Positions 48,301 through 57,478 of a stretch of 64,000 nt of DNA are shown piece by piece; within the stretch, counting starts at the first letter, position 1, and each line of letters starts with the position of its first letter. Source of the stretch: an uncultured Candidatus Saccharibacteria bacterium. GTDB taxonomy: Bacteria > Patescibacteriota > Minisyncoccia > Phycocordibacterales > UBA2100. Under the pieces are notes generated by a model. That model saw nothing but the letters and a program-made list of their open reading frames with translations. It made no database searches and was not told where the DNA came from. A program made the translations under genes and the position numbers. Location: assembly GCA_964462785.1 (NCBI GenBank), contig CAYWZA010000003.1, positions 1-64,000 of the forward strand. Direction: 5' to 3'.

Positions 48301-48897
48301 GACCGCGCCGGTAAGCGCCATGCTTCCGCCGGAGAGCACAGGAATATTATTGCCCGTCGGTGTTTGTGACGGGGTGAACCCGCCCACAGTGCCCGCGTTG
48401 ATTGCGTACGCGGAAGAGAGGATGCGCTGACGCGGAGAAAGTGTCTCGTATGTTTCGACTCCATCCCCCGTCGCGCATGTCGCGCCCACCTTATCAGCAA
48501 CTTGCACGTTTAAATACACTTCATCGCTGTCTTGAAAATTGTAATCGAGCGTATCACCGCCAACGCTCGTGTCGCCGATGCCGACAGTAAACACTCCATT
48601 GATAACTGATACCGTCGAAGTTGATGGTCCTGAGGATGGCCACAGCTTCACATCACCCCCTCCCACCACCGCATCATCGTAAAGCGAGAAGGTGAAGCAA
48701 TAATCGGTCCCCGCACCACCGAGCAGCGTGCCGCTTTCATCCATGAGCCGCCCTTGATAGTTGAGAATTTTTGGCACACCGGTTGCGGCAAACGCCGGCG
48801 CAACAAAAATCACCATGAACACCACACCAAGGATGAATGCGATCATGCGCGAAGCATGAGCATGGGTGCGGCTACGTCGATACGCGCGTGCATTCAT
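45352..48897 (-). CDS. Large fibre-like adhesin (Gly-rich domain, intramolecular-chaperone peptidase G2-like domain, DUF5011-like Ig domain)
   Basis: NYQGRL N-domain; STT-rich repeats; GGGG-rich domain; ADLAEWY...LAGRVPVK...GDLL; PVITLNG; ATGA overlap with upstream gene sets the start. Confidence 0.8.
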   Translation of the reverse strand: MNARAYRRSRTHAHASRMIAFILGVVFMVIFVAPAFAATGVPKILNYQGRLMDESGTLLGGAGTDYCFTFSLYDDAVVGGGDVKLWPSSGPSTSTVSVINGVFTVGIGDTSVGGDTLDYNFQDSDEVYLNVQVADKVGATCATGDGVETYETLSPRQRILSSAYAINAGTVGGFTPSQTPTGNNIPVLSGGSMALTGAVSASGASFSTSTITNATSTTLAVTGNASTSNLVVSNGFTFGTAGGILKAVAGVVTATLVDLANDVAGILGVSNGGTGWASVVAGTILYGNGTSALATTTAGTAGQVLALLNGIPTWTATTTFSGGLTYADGAVTNSGVTSITGTTNQISASGATGAVTLSLPALLAITNASSTAISGLDYITVGRTATTTIQGGTTGTSTLQGFLNVVGTNSTSTFSGGIAANRMQLTGLTNCTKALETDANGTVVCGSDTGVDAVTVEVFTLNDTWTKADYPGLSFTQIIVTAGGGAGGAADCSDTTTCEDAAGGGGSGGTSISILPAESMGSTETVTVGNGGATTSVAGTGAAGNNSSFGSLVVALAGQGGLGDSSVDTNATEGLAGGSGGATSTAVGQLRLAGGNGGAANALSGGEGTGGNGGASYWGGGGAGGHVTAALQSVQGEAGLAYGSGGGGGIVEESTTAAQGGKGGQGVVVTMNYTSSGADLAEWYETKDDVEHGDVVAISTASYEYDSKLGLQKSSVLEKATQGSSAVGVVSSVPYETMGYDIFSKAKHPRAIALAGRVPVKANKENGEIKAGDLLTVSSEPGVAMRATKAGVTVGHALEDAICDDSGKCSVLVMVNTSYSTGALLKVALRDSGINMDVITSDLDYGRIILAGMLQEKKEITVATTLSEVFTDRLAAGLEIISPRVIADTLVVNAIEPVEKDIRMRIVEGGRLLIERVNENDLTLTFENASSSDAALLVSVDALGNALFAGALTANGLEVGSPEKPTGITMYDDMNGDPYCAKVVSGILQTFAGKCGAEDLTATIDSSAPKTSIEVPVITLNGNNPAQIGIGDTYIDLGATVTDDKDQNLGIYTFVDSEEVDHVMLDTSSSTEYLIMYRAVDSDGHVAEVTRVVVVGDGLPDMPPADESMMSVTAVDAEGESSSEPAAPQESPAGETTANPEPASEDSVVESTPAAETPSEQPASETAVETGDAAAISSAEL

Positions 48898-49295
48898 ACG
48901 GCTTGTGATCGCAATTCCCATTTTTCGAGATTGTTGCGCTCTATTTTGTGATCCACACTGACCGCAAATATATATCCGAGCATGAGGAGAAATATCGCAA
49001 ACACGCCCACCGCAAACCACACCACAGCCGTATATACCGACGTCATTCCTTCGGCGGAAAACAGCCATGCCGTAAACGATGCTGACTCTTCCTTGGATCC
49101 ATCCTGCCTTTTCTTGTTCTTATCTATATATTCACGAATAGCGCTTTCGGTCGTCACCCACACTACATTTGAAAACACCTGCTTGCCCGACAGCTTCCCC
49201 GCCCTGATAAGCTGCCCAATATAATCAGCGCTGTATCCGGATATCTCGGATGCCTCCTTAAGCGATATATAGTCATTTTCCTTTGTCATAGCCAT
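48894..49295 (-). CDS. Excisionase/MerR-like HTH protein with C-terminal TM
   Basis: YISLKEASEISGYSADYIGQLIRAGKL...W; one TM. Confidence 0.8.
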   Translation of the reverse strand: MAMTKENDYISLKEASEISGYSADYIGQLIRAGKLSGKQVFSNVVWVTTESAIREYIDKNKKRQDGSKEESASFTAWLFSAEGMTSVYTAVVWFAVGVFAIFLLMLGYIFAVSVDHKIERNNLEKWELRSQAV

Positions 49296-49303
49296 TTCTC
49301 GAC

Positions 49304-49335
49304 CCCCGAGATTGCCAATATAGGCAATCTCGGGG
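49304..49335. promoter_or_regulatory. 13-bp inverted repeat between -10 box and HTH gene start (operator or 5' UTR hairpin)
   Basis: CCCCGAGATTGCC-AATATA-GGCAATCTCGGGG; TATAAT on minus strand at 49355-49360. Confidence 0.6.
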
Positions 49336-49422
49336 CACGAGATTATTGACTTTCATTATAAGTCTGCTTTACAGAAGGTGCGCCAGACCCTGTGGACAAC
49401 TAAAGTGTGTTATGCTCTAGCA

Positions 49423-50241
49423 ATGGCATGGCGTGATTATATCTTCAATATGAAGTATCTGGTCGGGGTTGCTCTTTTTTCAGTCATTCTCCTGCTTGGT
49501 GGTATATATTGGTACTTTTTCTTCGGGAAACCCCATTTTGACGAACTCACGCTGCGGGCTTTCGAGCAAGCACGCCTGATCGAGACATACCGACATGCAG
49601 TGGAGACGGATATAGACATCGCGGGGCGGCATCTGCACATAGCGGGGGTGTATGCGCTTGATCACAAAAAAGGGCACTTTTCCTCCATATCAACAACCAC
49701 GCTCACCATCCCCGATATGCCTGCGGGGAATCGTGAACATTCGTTTACCCTTGAAAACATCGCCGTCGAGCATGACGTGTTCACCCGTATCCAAACCAGC
49801 AGCTCGCACTTCAAAAAAACCATCCCCCATGGAAAGGAGTGGTTGCATTTTACGCCCGGGAATATTCCTGAAGAATTTCAAAACATTGCAGTGCATGGAC
49901 CCATTCTTGATAACCTTGGCTTATTTAGAGACGGTGAGCATCTGCTACTTCCTGCCGGCGCACCACGCGCTGACACACGTGATGGCAAAGCGCTGCAGCA
50001 ATACACATTCACACTGCAAAGCGGTGCTGCGAATAAAGTATCCGGCGCACTTGCGGCGGTGATCGAGCACATCGGCGCGGGCACCGTCAACGCATGGATT
50101 GATCCTGAAAGCGCCCAGCTCTACGCGCTCGCCTTCCACAATGCCACGTACCAATCAAAAACCATCATCATCGCCACCAGCACAGCAATAACAATCGAGC
50201 CTCCCGTTGATTTTGCTATTTCGCAACCTTTTCAACAGTGA
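49423..50241 (+). CDS. Membrane-anchored hypothetical protein (possible LolA/LppX-like fold)
   Basis: TM near N-terminus; beta-rich, WID motif, C-terminal ITIEPP. Confidence 0.65.
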   Translation: MAWRDYIFNMKYLVGVALFSVILLLGGIYWYFFFGKPHFDELTLRAFEQARLIETYRHAVETDIDIAGRHLHIAGVYALDHKKGHFSSISTTTLTIPDMPAGNREHSFTLENIAVEHDVFTRIQTSSSHFKKTIPHGKEWLHFTPGNIPEEFQNIAVHGPILDNLGLFRDGEHLLLPAGAPRADTRDGKALQQYTFTLQSGAANKVSGALAAVIEHIGAGTVNAWIDPESAQLYALAFHNATYQSKTIIIATSTAITIEPPVDFAISQPFQQ

Positions 50242-50279
50242 CGTCCTGACGCAGCGCACCCCAATGCTACACTGAATAC

Positions 50280-51008
50280 ATGCGCAGACTGCTGCGGAAA
50301 CACGCCCGAAGAATCACCCCTGGGCACGGCATCATCATTGCTGTGTTTCTCATATCGAGTGTGCTGGTACTTGATCAATCGGGTACTCCTTCCCTCTCAT
50401 TTATTTCTGATCGTCCCTCATTTTCCATCGGTGAAGTCGGAAATGTTGCTGTGCACATTGAAACCCCTACCCCGATAAATGCGACCGGCATGATCATCAC
50501 CTATTCTTCGGAGCTCGTGCGTATCGTCGATATTGAAACGAAAGGGTCATTCATCGATTTGTGGACGCAAGAGCCTATTGTGCGCGCAGATGGTGAGATA
50601 CACCTGAGCGGCGGCACGCTCATCGCGGGCGGACTCACGGGCACAAGCACCGTGCTTGATATTGAAATTGAGGCGAAGCAGGCTGGCACTGCAGTATTTG
50701 CGTTTAAAAACTCGGAAATTATCGCAAGCGACGGCAGCGGCACGGCGCTCAAGCACACTGCAGATCCATTGAGCATCCAGATTGTTGAAAAAAGCGCTGC
50801 ACCTCAGAAGGGCGGAGGGGGAAGCAGCGCAACAGCAACACCCACCACTCCGATATTTGATCTTAACGCCGACGGCAGAGTCACCCTCGTCGACGTCTCG
50901 ATCCTTCTGGTGCATATGTTTGCTGCATACGATCGAGCATACGATTTTGATACCGATGGCTCCATCGGTCTCTCCGATCTCTCCGCTCTGTTGGCGCGTG
51001 TTCAATAG
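50280..51008 (+). CDS. Cohesin-like plus dockerin-like adaptor protein
   Basis: PINA...ITYS...GSFIDLW..EP cohesin-like; DLNADGRVTLVD...DFDTDGSIGLSD dockerin. Confidence 0.78.
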   Translation: MRRLLRKHARRITPGHGIIIAVFLISSVLVLDQSGTPSLSFISDRPSFSIGEVGNVAVHIETPTPINATGMIITYSSELVRIVDIETKGSFIDLWTQEPIVRADGEIHLSGGTLIAGGLTGTSTVLDIEIEAKQAGTAVFAFKNSEIIASDGSGTALKHTADPLSIQIVEKSAAPQKGGGGSSATATPTTPIFDLNADGRVTLVDVSILLVHMFAAYDRAYDFDTDGSIGLSDLSALLARVQ

Positions 51009-51034
51009 ATTGTGCGTGACATCCCACCATCTTA

Positions 51035-51157
51035 AGTGTGTCTTGAAAATCGATGCAATGCGCGAAGCGGACGAGCACCGAGCCGAGCCGTATTGAATAT
51101 ACGGTGAGGGAGGCGCGGAGTCCGCGACAAAGCAGTGCGCGATTTTCAAGACACACT
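51035..51157. repeat. MITE-like hairpin element
   Basis: 18-bp perfect termini AGTGTGTCTTGAAAATCG / CGATTTTCAAGACACACT; central CCGTATTGAATATACGG. Confidence 0.75.
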
Positions 51158-52132
51158 ATCCATACGATAGCGGTGCAGCATATAGGCGGCGCCAAATCCT
51201 GCGATGAAGAGCAGCACAAGAAACGGGATAAGTGCTGAGGCGACTCCTGCAATGGACGCAAGCGCGGCGGCTGCTCCTTCGGCACGAATATCAAATTTGA
51301 TGCGTTTGGACGGCTCACTTTCCACGCCACTTGCGTCAACTGCCTGCGCCCAGAGGCGGTAGACGCCCGTCTCAAGATCCATATCAGAGACAAACGTGAA
51401 CGATCCGTCTGCCGCGCTCGTCACGCGTGTCAACACTTTCGGCTCATCGCCCCGTGCGAGCCAGATGTGGATGGCTGCGTCGGGAATCGCTGTCCCACGG
51501 ACTATCACGCGTTCTCCAAGCGGGACCGTCCCAAATGGATACTCCACGAGTGCCGGGGCTGGCGGAAGTGCCGGCTGATCAATTGACGCCCCCAGGACCT
51601 GCCCCTCTTCCACTATCTCTTCTTCAGGTAGTGCTGCAATGACTTGTTTCGGCTCTATGCCATAGATACCTGAGCGCATTGCGGTGATGATATTCGACCC
51701 CTTGCCGTCTGCAGAGAGCAGCGCACCGGAGGTGAGGCGTGCGGTGCTCAACGTGGTTCGTAATGCACGGAACGTGATCGTCGCCAAGAGTCCGTCAGTA
51801 CCGGCATACTTGCTATTCGTCCAACCGGAGAATCGGATCGTGCCTTCTTCATTTGAAAATTTAGGCGGCGTAGGCCAGAGCGAGAGAATCGAGCCGTATG
51901 TCGATACGTCTTCGACAACGAGCTCGTTAGGATCGAATAGGATCTCGGCTTCGGCTGCATTGATCGCAGTATCGCCCGTATCGGCGAGCACCTGCACATC
52001 AAAAAAATCGCCCACCGCGTACGTCCCGCGCTCGGGTGACACGTAAAGAACCGCATCTGCCGCAGCTACAAACGGGAGCGACACACATAACGCGCTGAGA
52101 AAAAATGAGACGCGAACGACGGACCGGTTCAT
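51146..52132 (-). CDS. Cohesin-like + Ig-like domain protein with C-terminal TM
   Basis: VGDFFDVQV..DT...INAAEAEILFDP..L...GSILSLW; TM. Confidence 0.78.
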   Translation of the reverse strand: MNRSVVRVSFFLSALCVSLPFVAAADAVLYVSPERGTYAVGDFFDVQVLADTGDTAINAAEAEILFDPNELVVEDVSTYGSILSLWPTPPKFSNEEGTIRFSGWTNSKYAGTDGLLATITFRALRTTLSTARLTSGALLSADGKGSNIITAMRSGIYGIEPKQVIAALPEEEIVEEGQVLGASIDQPALPPAPALVEYPFGTVPLGERVIVRGTAIPDAAIHIWLARGDEPKVLTRVTSAADGSFTFVSDMDLETGVYRLWAQAVDASGVESEPSKRIKFDIRAEGAAAALASIAGVASALIPFLVLLFIAGFGAAYMLHRYRMDSVS

Positions 52133-53073
52133 GGTGTGGGCGGGTTCTCAACATGTGCAGCGCGCCTATGAAGACCCATACCAATAATGACCAAAAATAC
52201 CAGTAGCACAGCAACGAATGGCGCAAAATCCCAGAGTGTCCATTGACGCGGCGGCGCAGAGCCTTCTTTGTATATCCCCAACCGCTCATTCCCCGCCTTA
52301 TCTATCGCGCGAATGCGAATGTCGGAGAGTGTCTGATCGCGCAGCGCATACGGGCTCGTGATGGTTTTCCATGCGCCGTTTTCACGTATTTCAAAGTGAT
52401 CAATGCCACTTTGCTTATCCTGAGTTGCAAATACCGCATAGTAGCGACCGCTGAAAATGCCGCGCGTCGATTGCACTTCGATTTCAAACGCATCGGGTGA
52501 TGTCTCATCAGACTGCACCTCCGCTATCCAAGGATTCTCCGGCACCGTCGGCTGCGCGGTGGTCATGATGGTGGCACTTCCCGTCTTGATGGCAGCCTGC
52601 GTGCCCAAGCCGTCGTTTACGTATGCGCGTGACGCGTCGGTAATCACAATAGGGGCACTGTGAGCGTCGTCAATGACCATGAAAATGATTCTGCCGAGCG
52701 TGTTGCTGAGTGCAGGATCCCCGTGAATACGTCCGCAGTAGCCTCCCGGCACTCCGCCCGCAAAGGAAACAATTCCTTTTTCTATATCGATCTTCGGCTC
52801 CTCCGCCCACAGGGTGAGGATTGAATTGCCGCGGCTGAAATCCACTGCCTTGAGTACGTCGACGGGATACTGCACCGATACTTGCATCGCATTCAAACAC
52901 TCTTCTTCGTTATCAATACGCACACTCATGATGAAGGTATCCCCCACCCCATAGAGCGCCTCGGATGGATCAAGATACAGATACGCGGCGTGCGCAGAAA
53001 ACGGCGCGAACAATAACACGCATAGGAAAAAACTTCTGGCAAACCACTGCATGTTATTAGTATACATTGTCAT
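52129..53073 (-). CDS. Cohesin-like domain protein with C-terminal TM
   Basis: VGDTF..SVRID...LNA....QYP...NSILTLW.EEP..GGVPGG; DKQSGIDHFE; RAIDKAGNER; TM. Confidence 0.78.
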   Translation of the reverse strand: MTMYTNNMQWFARSFFLCVLLFAPFSAHAAYLYLDPSEALYGVGDTFIMSVRIDNEEECLNAMQVSVQYPVDVLKAVDFSRGNSILTLWAEEPKIDIEKGIVSFAGGVPGGYCGRIHGDPALSNTLGRIIFMVIDDAHSAPIVITDASRAYVNDGLGTQAAIKTGSATIMTTAQPTVPENPWIAEVQSDETSPDAFEIEVQSTRGIFSGRYYAVFATQDKQSGIDHFEIRENGAWKTITSPYALRDQTLSDIRIRAIDKAGNERLGIYKEGSAPPRQWTLWDFAPFVAVLLVFLVIIGMGLHRRAAHVENPPTP

Positions 53074-53078
53074 ACGCT

Positions 53079-54206
53079 CTAGCCGGTCCAGTTAAAGAGG
53101 AGTATGGAGAAGTCTGCCAAATTCACTGTCCCATCAAGATTAAAGTCATGTTTGATATCCTTACCCCCCCAACTCAAAAGAAAGATCGAGAAGTCCACGA
53201 GATTGACGCGCTTGTCGCCATTCACATCGGCAGAGGAAGCACCTCCGGAGGCAACTCCGTCCCCGATAGTAAAGCTGACCGAGCGTCCGAATCCGCTCTT
53301 CACCGTATCACTCAACTCGAAGAGGGCTTTTGCGGAGTGCGCGCCCGCTGAAAGTGTGGATGTATCGAGACGAAGCGCCCATTTTCCCGAACCGTCCGCT
53401 TGTGCGTTGAGTATCGCCTCAGCTTGCGGGTTTATCTGCGCTTCTATACCTGCGTTTGGCACTGCATATCCCGACACGGTGAGATCATCACCAGGAGCAA
53501 CGGTACGACTGCTCACCGCGGTGGTGGGTGGAAGAAAAATATTTGCGACGGTGGTAACAGCGCTTTGTACAACCTCGAATACCACCGAGTTGATTGTCGA
53601 ATCCGCCCCCGCCGGATCTTTGGCCCACACGCCAAACGTCGCCGTCCCCGGCGTAATATCAGTCGTACTGAAAATAAAATCTGCCTGCGCATCCGCCTTT
53701 GCAGTCCCTTTGAGTTTTCCATCGAGCAGAATGTTGACGGTGCTGTTAGGATACGCCTTGCCGCGCAAAACTACCTTCGTCGCTATCTCAGAGAGGATGG
53801 AGCCGAGCGGCGCACCGGGCACAAACGGTGTGCTCCCCACCGCGGGTGCCCCACCACCACCTGGCGGCACCGGAGTGAGCGGCGTGCACATCACATCGCA
53901 CAGATCCCCTGCTTCATTGTCGCCATCGTCGCATTGCTCGCCAAATCGCACTTGCAACGTGCTGTCGCCGCAGTACGGACCCCAGCTGATACAATCTGCA
54001 GCGCAGATGCGACCTGTTGTCGACGAAGCATACGAGCCGACGTTGTTGCCTGTCCCTAAATCACATATCTCTGTGCCCGTCACCAAACCGTCACCGCATA
54101 CCGCAACGGTCACGAATGGTCGCATCGCAATTGCCTCGACGCGACCGGTGCTATTCCCAATGGCGATCAGTGAAAGCGCTATGAGAATGGACGCGATAAT
54201 CTGCAT
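53079..54206 (-). CDS. Secreted protein with myxococcal-type Cys-rich repeats, Ig-like domains and C-terminal dockerin
   Basis: CGDGLV..EICD, CGD...EQCDDGD..GD.C; DVNGDKRVNLVDFS...DFNLDGTVNLADFS. Confidence 0.85.
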   Translation of the reverse strand: MQIIASILIALSLIAIGNSTGRVEAIAMRPFVTVAVCGDGLVTGTEICDLGTGNNVGSYASSTTGRICAADCISWGPYCGDSTLQVRFGEQCDDGDNEAGDLCDVMCTPLTPVPPGGGGAPAVGSTPFVPGAPLGSILSEIATKVVLRGKAYPNSTVNILLDGKLKGTAKADAQADFIFSTTDITPGTATFGVWAKDPAGADSTINSVVFEVVQSAVTTVANIFLPPTTAVSSRTVAPGDDLTVSGYAVPNAGIEAQINPQAEAILNAQADGSGKWALRLDTSTLSAGAHSAKALFELSDTVKSGFGRSVSFTIGDGVASGGASSADVNGDKRVNLVDFSIFLLSWGGKDIKHDFNLDGTVNLADFSILLFNWTG

Positions 54207-54228
54207 GAAGGTATGTACATGAGTGGCG

Positions 54229-55239
54229 TTATAGAAGCTGCGTCGTCTTTGGGTAAACTCGCATGCGAGCGCGCCTACGCCTGCGCACGACCACAGCGCC
54301 GCCCATAGTGCCGACGAGCGCGACCGGCATACCCAGATAGCTCAGTGCTTTCAATTTGTCTTGGAGCGACAGACCGGAGAATCCATACCCCTCGTAGCCG
54401 GCAACAGTGCCCAGAGGATTGATACTCACGGTGATTTGGTTCTGCTGGGCGATCTCATCGCCTCTGTAGATGGTGTATTTCGCTGCGTATCGCCCCGGAG
54501 GGAGGCGGGTCGGCAATTCGGCTATCACTTCTTTTGTGCCGAAGGGCGAAATCCGCTCGATATCATTTGTATTTTCGATGGACTCAAGGAGTGTCTCCAT
54601 TTCGCTGTCATACATATCAAAGGTCACCTTGCTGGGACCATATTCCGTGTTGCCGGTGTTCTCAATTGTCATGAGGAACTTGATTTTCCCGGGGAAGAAG
54701 AGGCCCCAACGCGTACGCCCCTCTTCCAAGTCAAGCACGCCTATTTTGCGCACGCTGAAATCATAGATTTTGTCGACAACGGTCACATCCACATCGATCT
54801 GTGCGCCGAGTGCGATCGATACGCCGCCTGATGGTTGCGGCGAATTGGGTGATGTGCGGACACGAATCGCACCTTTGTATTGCTTATATTCGGCGTCATC
54901 GGGCACGCGCACGGTGACCACCATAGAGATCTGCGACGCACCCTTAGGGATGATAAATTCGCGCCCGCGATCAATAGAGAACCAGCTTTCGATGCCGGGG
55001 ATGTTCATCGTAACCTCCACCTTGAGATCCTCATTCGGATCGGAGCGCACCAAGCCGATGCGCTGCTCGTATACAGTACCGCGCGTGAGACGATCATTGA
55101 AAACATATGGCGGCGTGATGCCGAAACCAGCGTCCGCGACGGGCGCGAATGTGAAAAAAGCCGCTGCAGTGGCAATACCAAATAAAAAATGCCCGTACAA
55201 AATCCTCGTTCTCTCTGTGTTGTTAAGTAAAAATTGCAT
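54229..55239 (-). CDS. DUF916/DUF3324-like membrane-anchored protein
   Basis: GFGITPP; VRVPDDAEYKQYKGAI; IENTGN; TM followed by poly-Arg. Confidence 0.68.
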   Translation of the reverse strand: MQFLLNNTERTRILYGHFLFGIATAAAFFTFAPVADAGFGITPPYVFNDRLTRGTVYEQRIGLVRSDPNEDLKVEVTMNIPGIESWFSIDRGREFIIPKGASQISMVVTVRVPDDAEYKQYKGAIRVRTSPNSPQPSGGVSIALGAQIDVDVTVVDKIYDFSVRKIGVLDLEEGRTRWGLFFPGKIKFLMTIENTGNTEYGPSKVTFDMYDSEMETLLESIENTNDIERISPFGTKEVIAELPTRLPPGRYAAKYTIYRGDEIAQQNQITVSINPLGTVAGYEGYGFSGLSLQDKLKALSYLGMPVALVGTMGGAVVVRRRRRARMRVYPKTTQLL

Positions 55240-55304
55240 ATGCCATGCGGGTAGATTGTATTGTGTCTACTACCCTTTCCATTACGATTCCCACACTCAT
55301 CAGA

Positions 55305-57248
55305 TTACCAGAATGATGAGTTGCTTTTCTTTCCCGTAATGGTGTTTTGTCCGGTGTAGCTGCCGGCAAGCGTGATGGCACTCGGGATGTTGATACCCCA
55401 ATAGTTGTATTTCGTCTGCGGAGAGCTGGTGGAGGTTGTTTTCGGCACGCGAATTTCAAACGATAGTGGCGAGGTGGAGGCGGTAATGGAATATGCCTCG
55501 GCATGGGAGTATGCGACTGATGTGGTAGCAACCTTCTGATTGGAGATCGGGATTTCGCGTGTGGAATCAATACCCCCTGCATCGCACGAATCCGCTACGG
55601 TCCAGTCCGTACACATGGTGTCGCCGTAAATATCTTCATCGAGGCCGACGTTACCCTGCGCGATCAGATCAGACGTGGTGGAAACGGCGAGCTGCTGCCC
55701 CGGCTCCAAGCTGCCGTAGAGAACCGAAGTGCTGGAGACATTGAACGCAAGGAAACTTTCGACGTCTCTGCTGTCGTCGGTGGTATCTGCCGTGAGTGTA
55801 CTCGAAGCGGCGTTGTCATCCTGAATACGCACCGATGCTTCCCATCGCTCGGATGTCCATGGAGTGGAGGCGTCTGTCGGATCGGCAATATACCAGAGCG
55901 GGAATGTACACTCCCAATCCACTGTGGGATCGGAGGCGCCACTGCATGCGCCGGAGCCCGTAGTCGTCGCAGCACAGGTCATGCCCGAGGGAAAACCGGT
56001 AAATAGTGTCGAAGTAGCTGCGTAGCAGTTGTTGGCATTGTATTCAGATGCCGTATCGCATCCGGTTTGCCCAACACCACTGCGATACACGGCGGTCACT
56101 GCAAAGGTCGTCTCGGCGCCGCCTGAGGAATTGAGGCAGCTGTTGTTGTCGGTCGCGGTGAAATGGACACGATACGGGCCCGAGGTGGAGACGGCTTGCC
56201 AGAGCGTGAGGCTGCCACCGGGGACGGGGTTGCTGCTGCTGTAGCTGTCGATAAGGGTGATCGTTGATCCATCAACAGCCGGAGCGACGTTATTGACGGA
56301 GAAGGTTGAATTGGAGCCGTAAATGGTCGATGTCGCCACTAGCCCGTGGCTGTCTATCATATACACGTATGCATTGTAGGATTTATCCTGAAGCGGAGTG
56401 GTGAGTGTGGTCGTTGTCGCTGCGTTTGAGGCAGCGAACGTGGACGTCGCCCATGAGCCACCCGCGCCGCAATAGGTTCCGTTGAAGTCGTTTGATTTAC
56501 AGACGAATAACTGCACCGTATCTGGCGTGCCTGTCGCGTCATTATCATACGCTGTGGATGTCCATGTGACCGTGCCACCCGGATCCTCCGGTCCGTCGTT
56601 AACGACGGCGGAAAATACCGGCGGGTGGTTCATCACGAATGGCGAGAATCTGCCATACGTCGATCTCCCCTGCTTCATTGCTCCGTTGCATCGCGCAAGC
56701 GACGCGTTTGCGTCGCACACATACGCGTACCATGCGTTGCCCTCTTGATCGAATGGAAAATATTCAATAGTGGATGTCGATGCTGTGGCATCTGAAGCGC
56801 TCGTAGTTGTTGCCGAGCGTGCCCAGCGATTTGATACACCACCGCCACACTCAGGTGGTGCATTTGAAGTCGCGGTCGGGGTGCTGCTTGCTTTGCAAAT
56901 CAATAAGAAATAATCGTCGTTGTTGGAATCAGTCGCACGTGCAGTCCATGAGATCGTGGCCCCTGCGTTCGTGGGAGTTGAGGTGGATGACTCTGCGGTT
57001 TCCTCTGCGTCGAGCGTCCATTGCGGCGGTGTGTTGAGCACGGTGACAGAGGTCGATACGTCGTCCGCGCGTGCTTCCGGCACACGCACTTCGAACATCA
57101 CGAAAAATATGAGCGCGGCAAGCGCAGTGGTGCCGAGCACGGTGGCAACGGCAATTTTTCCTGAATTGAAATGTGCATCGGAAAAATCTTCTGTGTCAAA
57201 AAATGAGAGCCGTGCGCGCATAGCAAAAAAGACTTCCCTCAATCTCAT
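55305..57248 (-). CDS. Large Thr/Ser/Cys-rich surface protein with WxL/pilin-like C-terminal domain
   Basis: N-terminal hydrophobic segment; YGSLEPG; C-terminal YWGINIP...AGSYTGQNTIT. Confidence 0.7.
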   Translation of the reverse strand: MRLREVFFAMRARLSFFDTEDFSDAHFNSGKIAVATVLGTTALAALIFFVMFEVRVPEARADDVSTSVTVLNTPPQWTLDAEETAESSTSTPTNAGATISWTARATDSNNDDYFLLICKASSTPTATSNAPPECGGGVSNRWARSATTTSASDATASTSTIEYFPFDQEGNAWYAYVCDANASLARCNGAMKQGRSTYGRFSPFVMNHPPVFSAVVNDGPEDPGGTVTWTSTAYDNDATGTPDTVQLFVCKSNDFNGTYCGAGGSWATSTFAASNAATTTTLTTPLQDKSYNAYVYMIDSHGLVATSTIYGSNSTFSVNNVAPAVDGSTITLIDSYSSSNPVPGGSLTLWQAVSTSGPYRVHFTATDNNSCLNSSGGAETTFAVTAVYRSGVGQTGCDTASEYNANNCYAATSTLFTGFPSGMTCAATTTGSGACSGASDPTVDWECTFPLWYIADPTDASTPWTSERWEASVRIQDDNAASSTLTADTTDDSRDVESFLAFNVSSTSVLYGSLEPGQQLAVSTTSDLIAQGNVGLDEDIYGDTMCTDWTVADSCDAGGIDSTREIPISNQKVATTSVAYSHAEAYSITASTSPLSFEIRVPKTTSTSSPQTKYNYWGINIPSAITLAGSYTGQNTITGKKSNSSFW

Positions 57249-57319
57249 ACAGTAAATAGTACCATTGAGCCGATTTTTCAGTTTTCAACACGTGTTGATA
57301 AGTGCTTCGCTCGGGTGTC

Positions 57320-57444
57320 CGCACACCTCTATCGGGGTACGAGTCTCGCCCCAGCGGGGCTCGCTCTGAAGTCTCGGCGCGCGGCCGCCTCTTTCAGGGC
57401 GGACCGTGCCCGCGCACCTGCGAACCCCCCGATAGAGGTGTGCG
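57320..57444. repeat. MITE-like hairpin element
   Basis: 18-bp perfect IR CGCACACCTCTATCGGGG / CCCCGATAGAGGTGTGCG; GCGAGACTCGT core on minus strand as in 39166 element. Confidence 0.65.
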
Positions 57445-57478
57445 AACCCCCTCGCTCCGTTCGCCGGAAAGCGAGGGG

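Noticed and set aside
45352-48897. Prophage tail gene
   Set aside because: Has an export signal and no capsid, terminase, portal or integrase genes nearby
668-49399. DnaA-box-like 9-mers at 668, 3771, 5928, 14752, 40691 and 49391 as a replication origin
   Set aside because: They are isolated single boxes in separate intergenic regions, with no cluster, unwinding element or dnaA/dnaN nearby
50280-54206. True cellulosome
   Set aside because: No recognisable glycoside hydrolase or CBM is attached to the dockerins in this window
53104-54222. 372-aa plus-strand ORF and similar long antisense ORFs
   Set aside because: Antisense shadows of well-supported genes with no motifs of their own
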